Shown: positions 1 through 5,021 of the stretch, in pieces
Numbering within the stretch: the stretch's first letter is position 1
Layout: each line of letters opens with the position of its first letter
IMG/VR virus record: IMGVR_UViG_2693429748_000017
DNA length: 5,021 bases
Direction: 5' to 3' (one strand)
Source of the DNA: a virus
Lineage: Duplodnaviria > Heunggongvirae > Uroviricota > Caudoviricetes
The notes under the pieces: model-generated
What the model was told of the DNA's origin: nothing
The model's input: only the letters and a program-made list of their open reading frames with translations
Databases searched by the model: none
Translations under genes and position numbers: made by a program

Positions 1-1712
1 GTGGCATCTTTCGGTTGCTTACCCGCAAGCGCGTTAGTCATGGTGGTCGCAAAATTCGGGTCGTTGCCCAGCGCCGCAGCCAGCTCGTTCAGCGTGTTCA
101 GTGCATCAGGTGACGAATCTACAAGGGCGGCAATCGCAGCCATAACGAAAGCCGTGCTTGCGATTTGGGTATTATTCGTTCCCTGTCGCGCAGTTGGTGT
201 TGTTGGCGTTCCGGTCAGTGCAGGACTATTTAAGGGCGCTTTCTTGTTCGTTTCACCCATTACCGCCTTAACCGCTTTTGGCGTTGCCGCCAGTGACTCG
301 GAAGTGCTGTTGGTCGCACTGCTGAGCTGTACTATCCCCTTTTTCGTCGTGCTCGCATCCTCAAGCGCCACGGCGGATGCAATATCCTCTGCCCGTTTTG
401 CTGCTGTCTCGGCGCGCGTTGCCGCGGATTCAGCAGCAACTTTGCTCTGAGATGCAGCCGTCGCACTGCCTGCCGCCTCTGATGCTTTCGTTGTTGCTGT
501 CGTGGCACTACCTTTCGCTGCTGACGCTTGTCTGGTCGCCTCATCTTTTGAAGCAGACGCAGATGATGCCGATGACGCCGCTGAACTGGCTGACGATGCG
601 GCTGCTGCCTTAGAGGAAGCAGCATTGTCTGCTGAAGTCTTTGCATTTGTTTCAGAGGTTTTTGCTGCAGAAGCAGACCTCGCTGCTGCAGTGGCTTGCT
701 CAGTGGCTTTGCCAGCCTTCGTTGTGGCTGTTGAAGCGGATGATGCGGCGCTTTCTGCCGATTTTCCGGCGGCGGTGGCACTGGCTGAGGCCTGCCCGGC
801 ACTTGTTGACGCGGCACTGGCAGATAATGCAGCCGCTGTTTTTGAACCTGCCGCAGCTGAGGCGCTCTGTCCCGCTGCTGTTTCAGAAGACTTAGCGTTC
901 GTCTCGGACGTTTTTGCCGCCTTCGCGGAATTTCCTGCCGCCGTTGCCGAGGAAGCTGCACTACTGGCACTTGATGATGCATTCGTTTCTGAAGATTTCG
1001 CTGCCTCTTTTGAGGCCGCCGCACCCCGTGCCGAGGTGGCAGCTTCTGACGCCTTCGTGGTCGCTGTGGATGCAGAAGTGGCTGCCGATTTTTGTGATGC
1101 TGCGGCATTCGTTTCTGACGTTTTCGCGGCACTGGCGCTGGTAGCTGCCGCGCTTTTTGATGACTCTGCAGCAGCACTTTTTGCTGCTTCACGGGCCTTT
1201 GTCGATGCCGTTCCTGCGCTGGAAGACGCTGACTGAGCCGACGACGCGGCCTGTCCGGCTGACGTGCTGGCGGCACGTGCTGAGGCTGCAGCATCGGTTG
1301 CATGAGTTGCCGCCTCGCTGGCTGATTTTTTCGCGGCTGCCGTATTCTGTGCAACCGCGGAGGCGTTACGTGACACCTCTTCCACCATCTGCTCAAAGCG
1401 GCGCAGTGCCTCCGGTCGGACATCATCCTCCGTCATGGCACCGAGAAAATCATTCAGCGTACCTGGTCTGGAACCTTCATAGACGGTAATGGTCCCGGCA
1501 TGTGAAGGCGGAAAACCTTCAACCAGCAGGGTGACGCTGTACTGACCATGCTCAACATCCATGCTGTAACGTCCGGCTTCATCCGGATTTTCAGAGGCCA
1601 CCGTGTTCACCACCATCGTGCTGCTGGTTCGTCTGGCCTTCAGCACAATGGTGCAGTTCTGTACTGGTTTTCCTGTGCCATCTTTAAGCACGCCAGAAAT
1701 TTTTACTGTCAT
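1..1712 (-). CDS. stf: Side tail fibre protein Stf, N-terminal ~570 codons (ATG at 1712..1710; C-terminal part lies beyond the window start)
   Basis: Manual translation of the minus-strand frame from ATG 1712 gives an open frame to position 1 with no stop: MTVKISGVLKDGTGKPVQNCTIVLKARRTSSTMVVNTVASENPDEAGRYSMDVEHGQYSVTLLVEGFPPSHAGTITVYEGSRPGTLNDFLGAMTEDDVRPEALRRFEQMVEEVSRNASAVAQNTAAAKKSA... then a long Ala/Ser/Thr-rich region, then ...KKGIVQLSSATNSTSESLAATPKAVKAVMGETNKKAPLNSPALTGTPTTPTARQGTNNTQIASTAFVMAAIAALVDSSPDALNTLNELAAALGNDPNFATTMTNALAGKQPKDAT. From memory this matches the N-terminal part of phage lambda Stf. Shine-Dalgarno-like GGTGG at 1723..1719, 6 nt upstream of the ATG. The frame is missing from the supplied ORF track, presumably because its stop is outside the window. 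Confidence 0.88.
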   Translation of the reverse strand, partial: MTVKISGVLKDGTGKPVQNCTIVLKARRTSSTMVVNTVASENPDEAGRYSMDVEHGQYSVTLLVEGFPPSHAGTITVYEGSRPGTLNDFLGAMTEDDVRPEALRRFEQMVEEVSRNASAVAQNTAAAKKSASEAATHATDAAASARAASTSAGQAASSAQSASSSAGTASTKAREAAKSAAAESSKSAAATSASAAKTSETNAAASQKSAATSASTATTKASEAATSARGAAASKEAAKSSETNASSSASSAASSATAAGNSAKAAKTSETNAKSSETAAGQSASAAAGSKTAAALSASAASTSAGQASASATAAGKSAESAASSASTATTKAGKATEQATAAARSASAAKTSETNAKTSADNAASSKAAAASSASSAASSASSASASKDEATRQASAAKGSATTATTKASEAAGSATAASQSKVAAESAATRAETAAKRAEDIASAVALEDASTTKKGIVQLSSATNSTSESLAATPKAVKAVMGETNKKAPLNSPALTGTPTTPTARQGTNNTQIASTAFVMAAIAALVDSSPDALNTLNELAAALGNDPNFATTMTNALAGKQPKDA

Positions 1713-1725
1713 ACTTTTCCACCAA

Positions 1726-1757
1726 TAAAAAAAGCCCGCAGCAGTGACGCCACGGGC
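1726..1757 (-). terminator. Putative intrinsic terminator on the minus strand between lom and stf (stem AGCCCG/CGGGCT with 13-nt loop, followed on the minus strand by a 7-nt U-tract)
   Basis: Seen in sequence: plus strand aaaaaaa(1726..1732) agcccg(1733..1738) cagcagtgacgcc(1739..1751) cgggct(1752..1757). On the minus strand this reads hairpin then TTTTTTT. The loop is long, so folding energy is uncertain. Confidence 0.35.
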
Positions 1758-1863
1758 TTCAGGACAGTGTAACTTTACGTTTCCTCAAACGCAGTTCACC
1801 CCATAAGGTGGATGAACCTGCGTATCATAACAATATTTACAGAAGATAAATCGGCGTCTGTTG

Positions 1864-2463
1864 TCAGATACGGTATCCGATACCAACAATAAATGCATCC
1901 GTTCGCCAGTCACCACTACCGGAACCTTCATAAGCAAGGTCAATGGTCACGGATTCGGTCGGGTTAAACTGCACGCCAGCCCCCCACGCCAGAGACGTGT
2001 TGCTGTGGCGACCGTCATCACTTCCGGTCAGCACATCGTGCGTTTTCCCCTTGTTGTCAGTTACGCGGAGATAATCCCCGGAGAAAGTCGACACACGGCT
2101 GTAAGCCACACCCACCATCGCATACGCGCTGAACCATTCATTCACGCGTACAGACGGCCCCGCCATCACGCTGAACCAGCGGTTACGCACGGAATCTTCA
2201 TGCCAGCGGGTATCGCTGTAGTGCGTTTTTTGCTCATCCTCAGCATTGGCATAACTGAAGGACGTAATCAGCCCCAGCGCGTCCGTAAACTCATAACGGT
2301 ATTTCACGTTAATCCCGTTCAGATTATCGCTGCCGGGAGCGTTCGTACGGGCATGAAGATACCCCGCGCTCAGTGTGGACTGATGTTCAGACGCCCATGC
2401 AGGCGCACCGGATACGGCCAGGCAAATGGCTGCGGACAAAATGGCTGCACAAACTTTACGCAT
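1864..2463 (-). CDS. lom: Outer membrane protein Lom (Ail/Lom family beta-barrel), intact copy, 199 aa
   Basis: ORF 1864..2463(-). N-terminal signal peptide MRKVCAAILSAAICLAVSGAPAWA with AWA|S cleavage motif. Sequence ...STLSAGYLHARTNAPGSDNLNGINVKYRYEFTD...[114 protein letters not shown] closely resembles phage lambda Lom as I recall it. SD-like GAGAGG about 6 nt upstream of the ATG (minus strand aaaagcGAGAGGtaattATG). Confidence 0.9.
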   Translation of the reverse strand: MRKVCAAILSAAICLAVSGAPAWASEHQSTLSAGYLHARTNAPGSDNLNGINVKYRYEFTDALGLITSFSYANAEDEQKTHYSDTRWHEDSVRNRWFSVMAGPSVRVNEWFSAYAMVGVAYSRVSTFSGDYLRVTDNKGKTHDVLTGSDDGRHSNTSLAWGAGVQFNPTESVTIDLAYEGSGSGDWRTDAFIVGIGYRI

Positions 2464-2486
2464 AATTACCTCTCGCTTTTCTGCAA

Positions 2487-2511
2487 TAAAAAAGGCGCCA
2501 TTTCTGGCGCC
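2487..2511 (-). terminator. Putative intrinsic terminator between the J' cassette and lom (stem GGCGCCA/TGGCGCC, loop tttc, U-tract on minus strand)
   Basis: Seen in sequence: plus strand aaaaaaa(2487..2493) ggcgcca(2494..2500) tttc(2501..2504) tggcgcc(2505..2511), a perfect 7-bp GC-rich stem. On the minus strand the hairpin is followed by TTTTTTTATTG. Paralogous to the hairpin at 3861..3878 with a compensatory base-pair change. Confidence 0.5.
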
Positions 2512-2530
2512 CGTATATGGGTTATAAAAT

Positions 2531-3352
2531 TCAGCTGATACTGATGCCTGCGGTGGCTTTCTTCATCACCACAACCAGCAAATCGCTGATACTTGCTGTG
2601 GGATACCAGTTATTCACCAGCCATGCTGACACCGAAAACTCCAGCGTCATGTGGCCGCGACCAGCTGGCATATCAATAACACCACTGTAAATCAGCGTAT
2701 TATCCAGCGCGGTACGGTTATAAATTTCAGCACCGTTTTTCCGTACTATCAGGCGGCATGACGAATAAATATCGTTATTCTCCCGCTCATGTTTAGCGCC
2801 GCTGAATGCCACCGCCGGAATAACAATTTGCCTGTCAAAAGGCTGATCGTCATAAATCCTGACGGTAATGGTCCCTGATGGCCACCGCTCCGGTGCCCGG
2901 GAGTCCCGCGGAAAAGCCTTACCCACTGTTTTGACTATATCGCCTTCAATCTGGTTGGCTGACAGTTTCCCCTTAATCTGACAGTTCTCATTAATTGTGA
3001 CATTGTTGAGCGTCCCGGCGTTCGCATTCACACTGCCACTGATATCTGCATTTTTAGCGGTCAGTTTTCCGTCCGGTGTCAGGGAAAATGCCGGAGGATT
3101 ACCGCCGCTGGTAATGGTGGGAGCCGTCAGGCGTTTCAGGAACACGTCGTTCATGAATATCTGATCGCCCTGACCAACAAACATCGGCTTTGTGTTGCCA
3201 TTCGCAGGATTAATCATCGCAATCCTGTCTGCCGCCAGCAGCACCTGACTCTGCATTCCTGCTGGCGTATTCTCAATACCGGCACCGATACCCGCAATAT
3301 AAAGGCGTCCGTCCTTCATCTGTTGCAGCTTCACAGCCCACATGCTGTTCAG
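2531..3352 (-). pseudogene. 5'-truncated, promoterless 3' segment of a second tail-tip/host-specificity gene J (J'), encoding the C-terminal 273 aa with an alternative receptor-binding domain; stop at 2531..2533
   Basis: Minus-strand translation [273 protein letters not shown]. The first ~120 aa are nearly identical to the J copy at 3901..5021 (nt 2997..3352 vs 4385..4740, same length, ~94% identical by eye). Homology to J starts abruptly at 3352, directly abutting lom-derived sequence. The track ORF 2531..3388 only adds out-of-frame lom-derived codons with a poorly spaced GGAAG before GTG/ATG, so independent translation is doubtful. Confidence 0.75.
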
Positions 3353-3830
3353 ACGCCAGAGACGTGTTGCTGTGGCGACCGTCATCACTTCCGGTCAGCA
3401 CATCGTGCGTTTTCCCCTTATTGTCAGTTACGCGGATATAATCCCCGGAAAAAGTCGACACACGGCTGTAAGCCACACCCGCCATCGCATACGCGCTGAA
3501 CCATTCATTCACGCGCACAGACGGCCCCGCCATCACGCTGAACCAGCGGTTACGCACGGAATCTTCATGCCAGCGGGTATCGCTGTAACGGGTCAGCTGG
3601 CGATTCTTGTCTCCTGCATAGCTGAATGACGTCACCAGCCCCAGCGTATCCGTAAACTCATAACGGTATTTCACGTTAATCCCGTTCAGATCATCACTGC
3701 CGGGAACGTTGGTCCGGGCATGAAGATACCCCGCGCTCAGCGTGGACTGATGTTCAGACGCCCATGCAGGCGCACCGGATACGGCCAGGCAAATGGCTGC
3801 GGACAAAATGGCTGCACAAACTTTACGCAT
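3353..3830 (-). pseudogene. lom: 3'-truncated lom copy (Lom residues 1..159) fused at 3352/3353 to J'-derived sequence; the ORF reads on out of frame to a stop at 3273..3275, adding a 26-aa nonsense tail
   Basis: ORF 3273..3830(-) translates MRKVCAAILSAAICLAVSGAPAWASEHQ...[10 protein letters not shown] followed by [26 protein letters not shown]. Nucleotide homology to the intact lom (1986..2463, offset 1367) ends exactly at 3353. The last 40 residues of Lom (WGAGVQFNP...GIGYRI) are missing. Same SD and start context as the intact copy. Confidence 0.8.
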
Positions 3831-3853
3831 AATTACCTCTCGCTTTTCTGCAA

Positions 3854-3878
3854 TAAAAAAGGCGTCATTCCTGACGCC
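3854..3878 (-). terminator. Putative intrinsic terminator immediately downstream of J (stem GGCGTCA/TGACGCC, loop ttcc, U-tract on minus strand)
   Basis: Seen in sequence: plus strand aaaaaaa(3854..3860) ggcgtca(3861..3867) ttcc(3868..3871) tgacgcc(3872..3878). The minus-strand transcript would read hairpin + UUUUUUAUUG, located between the J stop (3901) and the truncated lom start (3830). Confidence 0.5.
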
Positions 3879-3900
3879 ATTTATTGGGGTTATAAATATT

Positions 3901-5021
3901 TCAACGAATACTGATGCCGGAAGCCGCTTTTTTGGTCACAATCACCGTACAGTCGGTGATATTGCCTGCCCCCTGATTGCCTTTCTGGAAAATCTTAAAC
4001 TCCAGAGTGACGCTACCACCACCACTAGGCATATCAATAACTGCACTGTAACTACCGGGAATGGCACCTTTAGTTTCTCTGGATGCGATTAATACGCCGT
4101 TTTTGCGAACTTCAAAACCATAACCCGTGTATCGCGTGCCTCCTGGGTTATTTCCGCTCCCCGGATCGTCATACGCTATACCGTTAAAAATAATGGGCGG
4201 AATAATAATCTGGCGGTCAAAGTTATGATCATCGCTTATGGTGACTGTAACCGTCCCGTTTGGTGTTTCCGTGTTACCCCACGTACCAGCCTGTTTCGGA
4301 AATGATTTGGATACAGCTTTAACGAAGTCACCTCTGACCTGAGTCGCCTCCAGCATGCCCTTAATCGTACAGTTTTCATTTACCGTGACATTGTTGAGCG
4401 TCCCGGCGTTCGCATTCACACTGCCACTGATATCCGCATTTTTAGCGGTCAGCTTTCCGTCCGGAGTCAGGGAAAATGCCGATGGATTTCCACCGCTGGT
4501 AATGGTGGGGGCCGTCAGGCGTTTCAGGAACACGTCGTTCATGAATATCTGATCGCCCTGACCAACAAACATCGGTTTTGTGTTGCCATTCGCAGGATTA
4601 ACCATCGCAATCCTGTCCGCCGCCAGCAGCACCTGACTCTGCATGCCGTCAGGGGTGTTCTCAATACCGGCACCAATACCCGCGATATAAAGGCGTCCGT
4701 CCTGCATCTGCTGCAGCTTCACAGCCCACATGCTGTTCAGGTTATTATTTGTATCAACCTGAACCTTCTGTATCTGCTGGATTGCCGCACTCTGGTCTTT
4801 CAGTTTCTTATTGACAGTCTGCGTGATTTCATTGCTGACATCCGTAATGGACGTCCTGATTTCAGCCAGGTCAGGCGCAAGCTGACCGTTATCAATCTGC
4901 GTCCACAGCTCCTGAGCCAGATGGGTTTTCCCTATCTCGCCTTTGAAAAAATCCAGATAACCGGATGCATCATCACTCGGCTGACCAACAGCCTCCACGA
5001 ATGCCGATTTGCCAACGGTGT
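3901..5021 (-). CDS. J: Tail tip / host specificity protein J (central tail fibre), C-terminal ~373 codons; 5' end lies beyond the window end; stop at 3901..3903
   Basis: Minus-strand frame is open from the window edge: ...TVGKSAFVEAVGQPSDDASGYLDFFKGEIGKTHLAQELW...[127 protein letters not shown]...KKAASGISIR*. Motifs [59 protein letters not shown] and the C-terminal KKxxxGISx match phage lambda J as I recall it. The track ORF begins at a GTG at 4998, but the frame continues upstream to 5021. Confidence 0.9.
   Translation of the reverse strand, partial: TVGKSAFVEAVGQPSDDASGYLDFFKGEIGKTHLAQELWTQIDNGQLAPDLAEIRTSITDVSNEITQTVNKKLKDQSAAIQQIQKVQVDTNNNLNSMWAVKLQQMQDGRLYIAGIGAGIENTPDGMQSQVLLAADRIAMVNPANGNTKPMFVGQGDQIFMNDVFLKRLTAPTITSGGNPSAFSLTPDGKLTAKNADISGSVNANAGTLNNVTVNENCTIKGMLEATQVRGDFVKAVSKSFPKQAGTWGNTETPNGTVTVTISDDHNFDRQIIIPPIIFNGIAYDDPGSGNNPGGTRYTGYGFEVRKNGVLIASRETKGAIPGSYSAVIDMPSGGGSVTLEFKIFQKGNQGAGNITDCTVIVTKKAASGISIR

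Larger units (their letters stand above)
1986..3352. repeat. Tandem direct repeat, copy 1 (1367 bp): lom 5' 478 bp + intergenic hairpin region + J 3' end with receptor-binding domain type B
   Basis: By-eye alignment to 3353..4740: lom part 1986..2463 vs 3353..3830 (~95-97% identical except a ~50-nt divergent patch), intergenic 2464..2530 vs 3831..3900 (similar, with small indels), J linker 2997..3352 vs 4385..4740 (356 nt, no indels, ~94%), and a highly divergent segment 2531..2996 vs 3901..4384. Confidence 0.85.
3353..4740. repeat. Tandem direct repeat, copy 2 (1388 bp): truncated lom + intergenic hairpin region + J 3' end with receptor-binding domain type A
   Basis: See copy 1. The repeat boundary at 3352/3353 is a clean junction between a J codon (ctg aac agc atg...) and an internal lom position, with no evident microhomology. 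Confidence 0.85.

Noticed and set aside
1-450. 149-aa plus-strand ORF at the window start
   Set aside because: Antisense to the Stf frame (which here encodes the conserved ...LNELAAALGNDPNFATTMTNALAG... segment); open only because of composition.
502-1236. 244-aa plus-strand ORF, Ala/Asp/Glu/Phe-rich
   Set aside because: Antisense shadow of the stf low-complexity region; no RBS, and no resemblance to any protein family I recognise.
332-1426. 364-aa minus-strand ORF, extremely Arg/Gln/Pro-rich
   Set aside because: It is an alternative frame of the stf Ala/Ser-rich region. The composition is a by-product of GCN/TCN codons read out of frame, there is no plausible start context, and it overlaps the well-supported Stf frame.
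1713-1863. Candidate sigma70 promoter for stf in the lom-stf intergenic region (a TATGAT-like hexamer on the minus strand)
   Set aside because: No convincing -35 element at 16-18 nt spacing. stf is more likely transcribed as part of the late operon by read-through, so I do not call a promoter.
1861-2538. 225-aa plus-strand ORF, plus similar plus-strand ORFs at 3342..3629, 3720..3914, 3793..4092, 4355..4552, 1157..1489 and 1548..1772
   Set aside because: All are antisense to clearly homologous minus-strand genes (lom, J, stf), lack convincing RBS, and have no recognisable domains. The near-identical ones (e.g. 1861.. and 3342..) simply reflect the lom duplication.
2531-3388. Track ORF treating J' as an independently translated 285-aa protein
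   Set aside because: The N-terminal 12 codons are lom sequence read out of frame, the only SD-like element (GGAAG) is 0-2 nt from the GTG/ATG, and a terminator-like hairpin lies upstream. It is better interpreted as a silent cassette or fragment, though low-level translation cannot be excluded.
1986-4740. Possibility that the tandem repeat is a CRISPR array, an invertible (Gin/Cin-type) host-range switch, or a diversity-generating retroelement target
   Set aside because: Repeat units are ~1.4 kb and protein-coding, not 25-40-bp repeats with spacers. The copies are direct, not inverted, and no invertase gene or crossover sites are in the window. Differences between the domain modules are extensive and not adenine-specific, and no reverse transcriptase is present in the window.
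1986-4740. Possibility that the duplication is an assembly artefact
   Set aside because: The two copies differ at many positions (~3-6% in the conserved parts, a fully divergent domain segment, and a unique non-homologous junction at 3352/3353), which collapsed or expanded repeats from misassembly would not produce. This still needs read-level confirmation.

Overview
The window is the distal end of the tail-gene cluster of a lambda-like (lambdoid) phage or prophage, with every real gene on the minus strand. Reading 5'->3' on the minus strand (high to low coordinates): the 3' part of the tail-tip/host-specificity gene J (5021..3901), a hairpin terminator, a 3'-truncated lom copy (3830..3353), a promoterless 5'-truncated second J 3' segment carrying a different C-terminal domain (3352..2531), a second hairpin, an intact lom (2463..1864), a third hairpin, and the 5' ~570 codons of the side tail fibre gene stf (1712..1, running off the window). 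The main observation is that the J-3'-end/lom module is present as an imperfect tandem direct repeat (1986..3352 and 3353..4740): the lom and J-linker parts are roughly 95% identical, but the two J C-terminal (receptor-binding) modules are strongly diverged. The stf frame was found by manual translation because it is absent from the supplied ORF track (its stop lies outside the window). All plus-strand ORFs in the track appear to be antisense shadows. Identities are estimates by eye, and the similarity to phage lambda J, Lom and Stf is from memory, not from a database search.
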